Positions 29,453 through 38,732 of a stretch of 64,000 nucleotides of DNA are shown piece by piece. Each line of letters opens with the position of its first letter. The first letter of the stretch is position 1. A program made the translations under genes and the position numbers. The DNA is taken from the NCBI GenBank assembly GCA_964448855.1, contig CAYUXI010000007.1, forward strand, positions 24,221 to 88,220. Direction: 5' to 3'. Source of the DNA: an uncultured Oscillospiraceae bacterium (GTDB lineage: Bacteria > Bacillota > Clostridia > Oscillospirales > QAMX01). The notes below the pieces were generated by a model, which ran no database searches, was not told where the DNA came from, and worked only from the letters and a program-made list of their open reading frames with translations.

Positions 29453-29950
29453 ATGAAGGATATTCTGATTCGACTGTCTGCCCATGCCAATCAGGTCGCC
29501 GCCATGCTGGCCACACTGGATCGATCGGCTTTGGCCAAAGGGCAGCTGATCATTTCGCAGTCGTTCCTGAATCAGCTGGCGGTCATTCTGTCGGATGAAA
29601 GCCTGAAATTCCAGAACGTCACACTCAACGATGACGGTACCGTCTGCCTGTCTGTACAGGCGGGCAAACAGATGAATCTGTCCTACCGGATGAAAATCGA
29701 CACCTTTCGCATGGCCGATGGCCGCGCAGAAGGCATCATTTCCTATCAGGAGGAACACAAAAACGCCGGAATCGGCGGCGCACTCCTGCATATGACCGGC
29801 AAAAGCGGCCTCGCAGTGGCACTCGGCAAATATCCGTGGCTCCGCGTCAATGACCAGACCATTCAGCTTCAGAAAAACGGTCTGCCCTCGTCTGTACGGA
29901 TTCAGTTCGTCTCGGCCGGTCGCGGCGGTCTGCTGTTCCGGACAAACTGA
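29453..29950 (+). CDS. Hypothetical protein, 165 aa.
   Basis: Good RBS (AAAGGAGG); no recognisable motif. Its 3' end overlaps the 3' end of the convergent GT4 gene by about 100 bp. Confidence 0.4.
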   Translation: MKDILIRLSAHANQVAAMLATLDRSALAKGQLIISQSFLNQLAVILSDESLKFQNVTLNDDGTVCLSVQAGKQMNLSYRMKIDTFRMADGRAEGIISYQEEHKNAGIGGALLHMTGKSGLAVALGKYPWLRVNDQTIQLQKNGLPSSVRIQFVSAGRGGLLFRTN

Positions 29951-31076
29951 GGAGCGCCTGATACCGCTTGGCCGCCCGATGACAGATGTCCGGCCAGCCG
30001 ATGACGAGAGATTTGCGCGCCGCTTCACCACAGCGCCGCAACTGCGAACGATCTTTGCACGCCGTCCAAATCGCCTGAGCAATGCCGGAAGGGGAATCTT
30101 CACAGAGAAACCCGTTCCTGCGGTCGATGATCCCTGTGGCCGCGCCGCTCCCGCGCAAAACAAGAGCGGGCAGCCCCGCCGCAGCGGCCTCCGATACCAC
30201 CAGTCCGGCTGTATCGTATGGGGACGGAAACACGAACAGATCGGCGAGCAGATACAGTCCGCGCACCATCTGATCCGAAAGATACCCGGTAAAGGTGACA
30301 CGATCCGCCAGCCCCAGCGCTTTCGAAAGCGCAGACAACGGCTCCAAATCCCGTCCCTTTCCGACAAAATACATCTGAAAATCCAGTCGCCCGCGCAGAA
30401 GTGCCAATGCCTTCAGCGTCTGGGCGATATTCTTTTGATGGATGATTTGCCCGACATACAAAAAGAACAGCCGGGAAGTGTCCGGCGGTAGCTGCTGAAA
30501 AACAGATGCCCTGCAAATCGCATCCTCGGAACCGTCGTGGGCTGCACCTCCGTGCGGCAAAAGCCGGATGGCACCGCGATAGCCGTAGGAGCGCAGCATC
30601 GATGCAGAGGCGGGATTCATGGTCCAGACCTCGTCTGCAGCCGCATAGAAGGCGGCGATTCCTTTCAACAATGGCCGGACAGCCCAGGGCGCGTGCAGCG
30701 CCCGCAAAAAATCGGCCCGATAGTTGGTGTGAAAGGATGCGACCAGCGGCACGTGCAGCCGCCGGGCAGTCGCCACGGCACGCCATCCGACCGCAAACGG
30801 CGAGTGCGCATGAATGATGTCCGGAGAAAAAGCCTGCTCACACCGCAGAAGCCGTGAATCGGCAAAGGGCAAGGCCAGGCGATACTGAAAGCCGCCGGGC
30901 AGGGGCAGGGAAGAGATCGGCACCGTCCCGGGCGTGGAACAGCCGGGAAAGGCCGGTGCAAAAACGCAGCACTGTATCCCTTCCTGCGGAAGGAAACGGG
31001 CATATGCCTGACAAACCGCGCTGACACCGTCAACGGATGGCAGATAGGAATCCGTGTAAATGGCAAGCTTCATCAA
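29847..31076 (-). CDS. Glycosyltransferase family 4 (GT-B fold).
   Basis: GT4 C-terminal motif region (EAAAAGLPALVLRGSGA) and N-terminal YTDSYLPSVDG. The Arg-rich C-terminal tail may be read-through. Confidence 0.75.
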   Translation of the reverse strand: MMKLAIYTDSYLPSVDGVSAVCQAYARFLPQEGIQCCVFAPAFPGCSTPGTVPISSLPLPGGFQYRLALPFADSRLLRCEQAFSPDIIHAHSPFAVGWRAVATARRLHVPLVASFHTNYRADFLRALHAPWAVRPLLKGIAAFYAAADEVWTMNPASASMLRSYGYRGAIRLLPHGGAAHDGSEDAICRASVFQQLPPDTSRLFFLYVGQIIHQKNIAQTLKALALLRGRLDFQMYFVGKGRDLEPLSALSKALGLADRVTFTGYLSDQMVRGLYLLADLFVFPSPYDTAGLVVSEAAAAGLPALVLRGSGAATGIIDRRNGFLCEDSPSGIAQAIWTACKDRSQLRRCGEAARKSLVIGWPDICHRAAKRYQALLSLSGTADRRDRPRRTESVQTRADRFSEAEWSGH

Positions 31077-31213
31077 TCCGCTCCTGTCTCAAGAACCCCT
31101 CATCAGTCGAGGGAAAATCAATGCCCCGATATTTTGGGACTTGCTTTTTTTAGTGTTTCATGATATCCTATGAATATACGGCAAACAGCCGCAAATAGGA
31201 GGATGGATTCCAT

Positions 31214-32053
31214 ATGCTGCACCTGGGTGTTGTAACGCGATCGTTTTCAGACTGGACAGCCGAAGAATGTGCTGTCAAAATGGCACAGTCCGGCTTTGCC
31301 TGTACAGAGCTTTGCTTTCAGTTCCGTGATCTGGATTGCTGGCGCTATAACGGCTGCGCGGACATTTCTGCGCTGACGCCGAAAACGGCCGCCGATATCG
31401 TTCGCAAATTCTGTGACAACGGGATTGAGGTGGTTTCGGTCGGAGCCTTTTCCAATTTGATGGAGCCGGACGCGGATGCGCTGGAATCAAACTTCCGTTA
31501 TTTTGAGCGCTGCATTGAAATTGCCGAGGACAACGGCATTCCAATGATTGCCACGGAAAACGGCTTTGTCCCCGGAAAACGCGGCATACAGGCAGACACC
31601 TATGAGCGCGATTTTACAGAATTCCGCAACCGAATGACGCGCCTGGCCGACCTGGCAGCAGCACACGGAATCGCAGTCGCCTTTGAACCATGCGTCCTTG
31701 ATTTGACGCCGTCCGCCAAACGAACCCGTGATTTTCTGCTGCAAACCGGACGGGACAATCTCCGCATTCTGCTCGACCCCGCGAATCTGATTGCCACGTC
31801 GGATGAATCGGATATGTTCCGCTATTTGGCGCCGTATGTTGCATATTTTCACGGAAAAGACCGCCATGTCAACGATACATACGGCTGTAATCTGGGTGAC
31901 GGCGATATTGACTGGGTGGAATTTTTCCGCCTGTATCATCAATATTCCGATGGAACCCCCTTCATTCTGGAATACGTCAACAGCAAAAACTGCGACGAAA
32001 TCCGCGATCGCGCCCGGCAGTACGACCGTCAGGCGCAGCAGTCGGTGCACTGA
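31214..32053 (+). CDS. Sugar phosphate isomerase/epimerase (xylose isomerase-like TIM barrel).
   Basis: About 279 aa with a TIM-barrel AP-endonuclease-2 / xylose-isomerase-like pattern (IATENGF, AFEPCVLD, AYFHGKD). Confidence 0.65.
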   Translation: MLHLGVVTRSFSDWTAEECAVKMAQSGFACTELCFQFRDLDCWRYNGCADISALTPKTAADIVRKFCDNGIEVVSVGAFSNLMEPDADALESNFRYFERCIEIAEDNGIPMIATENGFVPGKRGIQADTYERDFTEFRNRMTRLADLAAAHGIAVAFEPCVLDLTPSAKRTRDFLLQTGRDNLRILLDPANLIATSDESDMFRYLAPYVAYFHGKDRHVNDTYGCNLGDGDIDWVEFFRLYHQYSDGTPFILEYVNSKNCDEIRDRARQYDRQAQQSVH

Positions 32054-32214
32054 AAAACTTATCTGAATTCCTTTGCACTTGACAAATTCCGCACTGGATC
32101 CGTGCGCGATTTGCTGAAGATGAATGAAATCCCGGAAAACATCTTGCCTTACGTTTCGAAAAGGGTTATAATGTAGAGGGTCTGCTGAAACCGCCGGAAG
32201 GGAGAAACACCCAT

Positions 32215-33084
32215 ATGGGAAACCGTGAACTGAAATTCTGTGATGTCGGCGGGAACGAACAGGTTCCAATCGCCGTCAAAGACGGGTATCATGACGGTCC
32301 GGTTCAAATGCACTGTCACGATTTTTATGAATTCGTTTATGTCAAAGAAGGCTTCACGGTTCATTATTATGGCGAATCCACGTCCGTACTGACGGAAGGC
32401 GATATTTTTGTGATTCCCCCCGGCGTGCAGCACGCGTATACCGGCCTGCACGATACGCGGGTCTATAACTGCCTGTTTACGGATGAAGCGCTGACAGATG
32501 TGCGTGACGACTTCCGCGGAATGCCGGGAACCGCCTGGCTGTTTCATGAAGAAAGCGGCTATGAATGGACGCGTGTTCGCCTTGACCCGGCCGAACGGAT
32601 GCAGATTCTTTCCGTGCTGGAACGGATGTGCGACGAACAGAACAGCCGCCAGCTCGGCTGGCAGATGATGATGAAATCGCTGCTGATCCGCTTCCTGACG
32701 CTCTTTTCCCGCAGCTATGCCACCCATTATCTCGCCAGTACGTCCGAAAAAAACTACCTGAACTATGTGGTACGCGTCCTGAACTATATCGAACAGCATT
32801 TTTCGGAGGAAATCGACCTGACCGGCATGGCCGCATCCGTGGACATTTCGCCGGATTACCTGTCCAGACAGTTCAAAAAGGTGATGGGGCTCAGTCCGGT
32901 TGTCTTTCTCCGCAGCTATCGCCTGGCGCGTGCGATGGATTTGATTCGCGAAGACCATTCCGGCAATTTCGGACAGGTCGCTCACGCGGTGGGCTATAAG
33001 CACCTGAGCCATTTTTCCAGAGAGTTCAAACTCTTTACGGGCATGACACCCAGTGAATACAAAAACAACTATGACAAAATCTGA
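32215..33084 (+). CDS. AraC-family transcriptional regulator (N-terminal cupin sensor, C-terminal HTH).
   Basis: The C-terminal region has the canonical AraC helix-turn-helix pair; a cupin-like N-terminus precedes it. Confidence 0.8.
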   Translation: MGNRELKFCDVGGNEQVPIAVKDGYHDGPVQMHCHDFYEFVYVKEGFTVHYYGESTSVLTEGDIFVIPPGVQHAYTGLHDTRVYNCLFTDEALTDVRDDFRGMPGTAWLFHEESGYEWTRVRLDPAERMQILSVLERMCDEQNSRQLGWQMMMKSLLIRFLTLFSRSYATHYLASTSEKNYLNYVVRVLNYIEQHFSEEIDLTGMAASVDISPDYLSRQFKKVMGLSPVVFLRSYRLARAMDLIREDHSGNFGQVAHAVGYKHLSHFSREFKLFTGMTPSEYKNNYDKI

Positions 33085-33124
33085 CCACTTCCGGTCAGGC
33101 TTTCTCCGGGGGAGGGTCGAACCT

Positions 33125-34537
33125 ATGCAGCAACCTAACTTTCTGATGATCGTCGCCGATCAGCACCGCGCCGATGCCCTTGGCGCGGCCGGAAAGCTTC
33201 CAATCCATACGCCGAATCTGGACGAGCTCTGCGCCCGCGGTGCGCGCTTTGAAAACGCGTTCACGCCGCTGCCCGTGTGCGCCCCGGCGCGACAGGCTAT
33301 GCTCTGCGGCCAGAATCCGGACAGCTACGGCGCTTTCTGGAACTATGGCTTCTTTGACGCCGCCTCTCTGGAACCTGAACCGTATTGGCCGGAGCAGCTG
33401 CGCCGCGCCGGATACCAGACGGCATTTTTTGGCAAATGGGGCGCATCACAGCACCACGGTGCCTGCGAATTCGGCTATGAACAGTATACCGGGTTTGATG
33501 GATGGCAGAAGCGCGTACAGCAGCTGTATCCGAACCGCACCGTTCCGGACTGGTTCGGCGGCAGGAGCGACTTGCCGCTCGCTGATTCCAAGACGCATTG
33601 GCTGGCTGCACAGGCGGCCGATACCATCCGCAGCTTCACAGCATCGGGCCAGCCGTGGCATATCCGCATCGACTATACCGACCCGCACCTCCCGTGCGAG
33701 GTGAGCGAACCGTTTTACAGTATGTATGCGGATCAGGAACTCCCTCCCTGGGGCGGTGCAAATGACCCGCTCGAAGGCAAACCCTATATGCATCGCCAAC
33801 AGCTTCTCAACTGGGGGCTGGAGGATATGACCTGGCAGGATTGGCTCCCATGCGTCCGCCACTATTACGGCATGGTCAGCCAGATCGACGACAGCATCGG
33901 CCTGCTGCTCGAAGCACTCCGGGAGAGCGGCGCTCTGGAGCAGACCATCATTCTGTATACGTCCGATCACGGCGATACGTGCGGCAGCCGCGGAATGCTC
34001 GACAAACACTACATCCTGTATGACGACGTCGTCCGCGTACCGCTGATTGTTGCGGGGCCGGGGATTCAGCAGGGGATTGTGCCGGATGCGCTCGTCTCTG
34101 CCGGACTGGATCTCCCGCCGACCATTGATGAATGGTTCGGCGTGACATCGCCGGACGCACAGGGACGTTCCTTCGTCCCACTCCTTCAGGGTCAACAGCC
34201 GGCGGACTGGCGGACGCAGATTACCGCCTCGTCCAACGGTCAGCAGTTCGGCTTCTTCAATCAGCGGATGCTGCGAGATCATCATTATAAGTACATTTGG
34301 AACATGACAGACATTGATGAGCTCTATAACCTGGACGAAGACCCGGATGAAAAGGTCAACCGCATCAGCTGGCCAGACGAGCAGGCGCGTATCTGCAGGA
34401 TGCGCAGAAACCTGTATGACTGCCTGAAAGCACAGGGCGACCTGTTTTTACAGGGCGGCTGGATGGATCGCCAGCTGCTGGAGAATAAAAAGAGTCCGTG
34501 CCGACCAACCGGGTACGAAAACAACGGAACACGATAA
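33125..34537 (+). CDS. Sulfatase (arylsulfatase family), Cys-type formylglycine site.
   Basis: C-x-P-x-R motif PVCAPARQAML plus FFGKWG, and the sulfatase N-terminus LMIVADQHRADAL. GGGGGAGGG RBS. Confidence 0.8.
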   Translation: MQQPNFLMIVADQHRADALGAAGKLPIHTPNLDELCARGARFENAFTPLPVCAPARQAMLCGQNPDSYGAFWNYGFFDAASLEPEPYWPEQLRRAGYQTAFFGKWGASQHHGACEFGYEQYTGFDGWQKRVQQLYPNRTVPDWFGGRSDLPLADSKTHWLAAQAADTIRSFTASGQPWHIRIDYTDPHLPCEVSEPFYSMYADQELPPWGGANDPLEGKPYMHRQQLLNWGLEDMTWQDWLPCVRHYYGMVSQIDDSIGLLLEALRESGALEQTIILYTSDHGDTCGSRGMLDKHYILYDDVVRVPLIVAGPGIQQGIVPDALVSAGLDLPPTIDEWFGVTSPDAQGRSFVPLLQGQQPADWRTQITASSNGQQFGFFNQRMLRDHHYKYIWNMTDIDELYNLDEDPDEKVNRISWPDEQARICRMRRNLYDCLKAQGDLFLQGGWMDRQLLENKKSPCRPTGYENNGTR

Positions 34538-34558
34538 GAAAATCACGAGGGAATGGAC

Positions 34559-35809
34559 ATGAAAAAAATCAAAATTGTATGGATGACTTTGCTGGTGTTT
34601 GCCATGCTGCTGCCGATGGCCTCCTGCTCAACGGCAGATGACGGCGTGATCACGCTGAATTTCCTGCGCATCGGAAACGATGAAGCGGAAAAACAGTTCT
34701 GGATGGACGTCATTGCAGACTATGAAGCGACCCATGAAAACGTCAAAATTGTGTATGATGATGCCGCCATCGGCGATGCCATGGACACGAAGCTGACCAG
34801 CGGCTTTACCGCAAATGTAGGCCCGGATATCATCGGCCACGGCATCCTTTCCATCGCCAGCCGCGTGGAAGCCGAACAGTACATCCCGATCACACAGTAT
34901 TACAATCAGTGGAGCGAAAAAGACGATCTGATGAGCGGCCTGGTTGATCTGGGTACCTATCAGGGCGAGGTGTATGGCATTGCCTACCTGCCGACCCCGT
35001 ATGTCTTCGCATATCGAACCGACCTGCTCCAACAGGCCGGATATGACCGTCCGCCCGAAACCTGGGAAGAGCTGGCGGAGTACGCCAGAAAGCTGACGGT
35101 CAAAGAGGGTGACCGCATTGTTCAGGCCGGCTTCGCGTTCCCGACCTCCGGCGGCAATATGGTTGAGTTCGATATGTTCACCTTCTCCAACGGCGGCCGC
35201 TTTGTCGATGAAGCGGGCAACCCGACGCTTAATACGGCGGAAAACCTGGAAGCCCTGCAATATGTGCAGGAGCTGATGGCAGATGTCAGCATCCCGTACA
35301 ACAACAACGAGACCAACCCGTTCATGGCCGGCAACGCTGCCATGACCTTTATCGACAACGTCAAGCTGACCCCGATGTTCTCTGACCCGGAATATCAGGA
35401 CAAAATCGCAATTGCCATGCCCCCGGCCAATGCAGGCAAAACATCCATGACCTTCTCCGGCTGCCGCCTGCTGTTTATCGGGAAGGACTGCAAAAACCCG
35501 AACGCCGCCTTTGATTTTATCACCTATGCCGTCTCCAAAAATGTCGTGCAGGAGCGCGCACAGCAATTAAAGGCACCGGTTGTTTTGAATTCGCAGGTCG
35601 ATGCCTATGCCACCCTGAGCGAGTATAACGACATCCGTGCGCAGTCTGTCGCCAACGGAATCGGTATGCCGGTGACAACCTGGTCGACGATCTTCCAAAA
35701 GGTTCGAAATGAAATGCTGCAAAATGTGCTGAATGGCGGCGACGCGGCACAGGTGCTTGCAGAGGCACAGGAGAAACTGGAACTCGAAATTGCCAACGCG
35801 GCAAAATAA
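34559..35809 (+). CDS. Sugar ABC transporter substrate-binding lipoprotein (extracellular solute-binding family 1).
   Basis: Signal peptide with lipobox MASC; SBP fold; operon position upstream of two permease genes. Confidence 0.8.
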   Translation: MKKIKIVWMTLLVFAMLLPMASCSTADDGVITLNFLRIGNDEAEKQFWMDVIADYEATHENVKIVYDDAAIGDAMDTKLTSGFTANVGPDIIGHGILSIASRVEAEQYIPITQYYNQWSEKDDLMSGLVDLGTYQGEVYGIAYLPTPYVFAYRTDLLQQAGYDRPPETWEELAEYARKLTVKEGDRIVQAGFAFPTSGGNMVEFDMFTFSNGGRFVDEAGNPTLNTAENLEALQYVQELMADVSIPYNNNETNPFMAGNAAMTFIDNVKLTPMFSDPEYQDKIAIAMPPANAGKTSMTFSGCRLLFIGKDCKNPNAAFDFITYAVSKNVVQERAQQLKAPVVLNSQVDAYATLSEYNDIRAQSVANGIGMPVTTWSTIFQKVRNEMLQNVLNGGDAAQVLAEAQEKLELEIANAAK

Positions 35810-35829
35810 CAGGAAATGCGGACGTGACT

Positions 35830-36735
35830 ATGAAACAGAAATCATCAGGAACTACAAAAAACTCCCGCCGGGATGCTGTTGCAGCCTATGGTATGCTGCT
35901 GCCGTTTCTGATCTTTTTTGCGCTGTTCGTGCTCTATCCGCTCCTGAAAAACCTGTATTACAGCTTCACAAACTATAATCTGGGCAACAAGACCAAATTC
36001 GTCGGCCTTTCGAATTATCGGGAACTCTTTTCAGATTACTGGTTTCTCGAATCCCTGAAGAATACCGCAATTTATGCGCTCTTCAGCGTCGTTTTTCTGA
36101 CGGTGTTGGGGCTGTTCATCTCCGTCCTGCTGAACCACCGGTCACGGCTGGTAAAGGTCGCACGGACGGCGATGATCATTCCGTATGCCACCAGCATGGT
36201 CGCCGTCTCCATGATCTGGCTCTATCTGCTGGATCCGACAACCGGTTATCTCAATAAGCTACTGATTACACTGGGCGTTGACAATCCGCCGATCTGGCTC
36301 AATGACCCTTCACTGGCGCTGCCTTCGCTGATCGCGATCAATATCTGGAAAAACCTGGGCTACTGCATGATCATCTATCTGGCCGGCTTGCAGAATATCC
36401 CACCGGAGCTGTATGAGGCTGCAACGGTAGACGGCGCAGGCTTTCTTCAGAAACACCTGAAAATCACATTGCCGCAGATTGCACCGGTGACGTTTTTCGT
36501 GCTGGTCAACAACTGCATTGAAGCCTTCAAAACCTTTGAACAGGTGCAGATCATGACACAGGGTGGCCCCGTCACGTCTACGACGACGGTGGTCTACCAG
36601 ATCTATGTCCGCGCATTCAATGATTTCCGAATGGGATATGCCGCTGCTATGTCGGTCATCCTGTTCCTGATCATTTTTGCGGTGACCATGGTCAATTTCC
36701 GTGTGTTCAAAAACAGCGCAAACGGAAAGGACTGA
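35830..36735 (+). CDS. Carbohydrate ABC transporter permease (MalF/UgpA-like).
   Basis: Six TM segments, EAA-loop region (EAATVDGAGFLQKHLKITLPQIAP). Confidence 0.8.
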   Translation: MKQKSSGTTKNSRRDAVAAYGMLLPFLIFFALFVLYPLLKNLYYSFTNYNLGNKTKFVGLSNYRELFSDYWFLESLKNTAIYALFSVVFLTVLGLFISVLLNHRSRLVKVARTAMIIPYATSMVAVSMIWLYLLDPTTGYLNKLLITLGVDNPPIWLNDPSLALPSLIAINIWKNLGYCMIIYLAGLQNIPPELYEAATVDGAGFLQKHLKITLPQIAPVTFFVLVNNCIEAFKTFEQVQIMTQGGPVTSTTTVVYQIYVRAFNDFRMGYAAAMSVILFLIIFAVTMVNFRVFKNSANGKD

Positions 36736-36741
36736 ACCAAA

Positions 36742-37602
36742 ATGATCGAAAAAATCATCCGGATTGTATCTGGCCTTCTGGCAGCGGTGATGGTCGCTGT
36801 GGTTGCATTTCCGTTTTTGGTGATGCTGTCCGTCTCGCTGCAAACGAAGTCCGAGCTTTTCTCTACCTCCGCCAGCCTGATTCCCAAATCCTTTTCGATC
36901 TCCAACTATGTGGAAGCGATGAAGTGCGCCAACTGGGGTCGCTACTTTCTGAATTCCTTCCTCGTTGCGGCGATCGTGGTGGTTGTCAGCCTGGTCATCA
37001 ATTCCATGGCGGGCTATGTCTTTGCCAGAATTCGCTTTCCCTTTTCGCGGGCGCTGTTTCTCCTGATTCTGGCTGGGATGATGATTCCGCCGCAGGTCAC
37101 GATGATTCCGGTCTTTTCCATGCTGCGCGGTGTGCCGTTTGTCAACGGGAACGACTGGATGGGTGCAGGCGGCAGCGGGCTGATCGATACCTATGCCGGG
37201 CTGATTGTGCCCTTCATCGCTGGATCCTTTGGCGTGTTCCTCTGCCGACAGTATTATCTCGGCTTCCCACGAGAGCTGGATGACGCCGCAACGGTGGATG
37301 GCTGCGGCCGCTTCCGCACCTTTTTCAGCATCTACCTCCCACTCAGCAAGCCTGTTCTGGCGTCACTGGCCGTTCTGAAATTTACCGGCACCTGGAACGA
37401 ATACACCTGGCCGCTCATTATGGTGCGGTCGGATTCTATGAAAACCGTCCAGATCGCGTTGACGCTGTTCCGAAACGAATCTGAAATTCGCTGGAACCTG
37501 ATGATGGCGGCCACCATTCTGGTCAGCCTGTCTGTTTACCTGGTGTTTGTATTCGCACAAAAGTATTTTGTGGCTGGTATCCTAACCGGAAGCATCAAAT
37601 AA
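36742..37602 (+). CDS. Carbohydrate ABC transporter permease (MalG/UgpE-like).
   Basis: EAA loop (DDAATVDGCGRFRTFFSIYLPLSKP) and TM profile. Confidence 0.8.
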   Translation: MIEKIIRIVSGLLAAVMVAVVAFPFLVMLSVSLQTKSELFSTSASLIPKSFSISNYVEAMKCANWGRYFLNSFLVAAIVVVVSLVINSMAGYVFARIRFPFSRALFLLILAGMMIPPQVTMIPVFSMLRGVPFVNGNDWMGAGGSGLIDTYAGLIVPFIAGSFGVFLCRQYYLGFPRELDDAATVDGCGRFRTFFSIYLPLSKPVLASLAVLKFTGTWNEYTWPLIMVRSDSMKTVQIALTLFRNESEIRWNLMMAATILVSLSVYLVFVFAQKYFVAGILTGSIK

Positions 37603-37616
37603 CACACAAATCGAAA

Positions 37617-37655
37617 AACCTGATTTCCAGTTCGACAGGAGATCAGGTTTTTCTT
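37617..37655 (+). terminator. Rho-independent terminator after the permease genes.
   Basis: AACCTGATTTCC ... GGAGATCAGGTT stem followed by TTTTC. Confidence 0.6.
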
Positions 37656-37682
37656 GCATTTTCACGCGTCAAATGGTATAAT
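37654..37682 (+). promoter_or_regulatory. Sigma-A promoter (-35 TTGCAT, 17 bp spacer, -10 TATAAT) for the metallophosphoesterase gene.
   Basis: Motifs read in the sequence, immediately after the terminator. Confidence 0.5.
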
Positions 37683-37749
37683 TAACAACAGAACCATCCG
37701 GGCATACAACGCTCAAAAACGGGGTTCCGACAGAAAGGCAGACAGTTTT

Positions 37750-38694
37750 ATGTACCCAACCGAATTGAATTTTCAAAAGGACACCTTCAAGCTGATTCAG
37801 CTGACCGATATTCACCTCGTTCACATGGACGGCGCAGGGCCGGAGCAGCAGACACTGGATATGATTGCCAGAATGCAGGCGGCCGAACAGCCGGATCTCT
37901 TCGTGATGACCGGCGACCTGCTCTTCTCGGAGGAAAATGAGAAAAACCTCTCCATCTTCTGCGATTTCATGGACGAACTCGGCACGCCCTGGGCATTCGT
38001 CTTTGGCAACCATGACCGCGAAGAACGCTTCCATTTCCCGACGGAGAAAATCGAGGCGCGCCTCTGGCAGTCCAAGACCTGCATCTATCGCCACGGCGAA
38101 CGCGACGTCGAAGGCGACGGCAACTATACCGTCCGCCTCTTTGACGGGGAAAAGCTGCCGTGGGTGCTCTATATGATCGACTCGCACGACTACATCTCCA
38201 TCGCCGGTCACCATCCCTATGCCCATATCCGCCACTCGCAGATTGAATGGTATCGCCGGACGCGGGATGCGCTGCGTGGGGAGTTCGGCAAAAGCTCGTC
38301 GCTCTTTTTCTTCCACATTCCACTGCCGGAATACCGGAACGTCTGGGATGAAATGGAATGCTACGGCGAAAAAAATGAGGGCGTGTGCAGCTCCTATCTG
38401 AATTCCGGCTTCTTCGCCGCGCTGAAGGAAGATGATTCGGCCAAGGGGACGTTTGTCGGTCACGATCACGTCAACGACTACATCGGCGACTATCATGGCA
38501 TTCGCCTGGCCTATGGCCGCGGCACCGGGTTCAGCGGTGATCATCGCGGCGCATACAGCCGTGAGGGCTTCCGCCAGGGCGGCCGCGTGATTCTTTTGAA
38601 TCGGGATCCGTCCGTCCCATTCCAGACCTATCTCTGGCTGGCAGACGGAACCGTCCTGGAGCAGCCTGTCCATATGCCGGGCAGTCAGCAGTAA
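37750..38694 (+). CDS. Metallophosphoesterase (calcineurin-like phosphoesterase).
   Basis: Motifs QLTDIHL, MTGDLL, FGNHD and VGHDHVND. Confidence 0.7.
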   Translation: MYPTELNFQKDTFKLIQLTDIHLVHMDGAGPEQQTLDMIARMQAAEQPDLFVMTGDLLFSEENEKNLSIFCDFMDELGTPWAFVFGNHDREERFHFPTEKIEARLWQSKTCIYRHGERDVEGDGNYTVRLFDGEKLPWVLYMIDSHDYISIAGHHPYAHIRHSQIEWYRRTRDALRGEFGKSSSLFFFHIPLPEYRNVWDEMECYGEKNEGVCSSYLNSGFFAALKEDDSAKGTFVGHDHVNDYIGDYHGIRLAYGRGTGFSGDHRGAYSREGFRQGGRVILLNRDPSVPFQTYLWLADGTVLEQPVHMPGSQQ

Positions 38695-38732
38695 ATGCCC
38701 GGGGCAAACAGAAAGCCGGAAAGAGGGAACAC

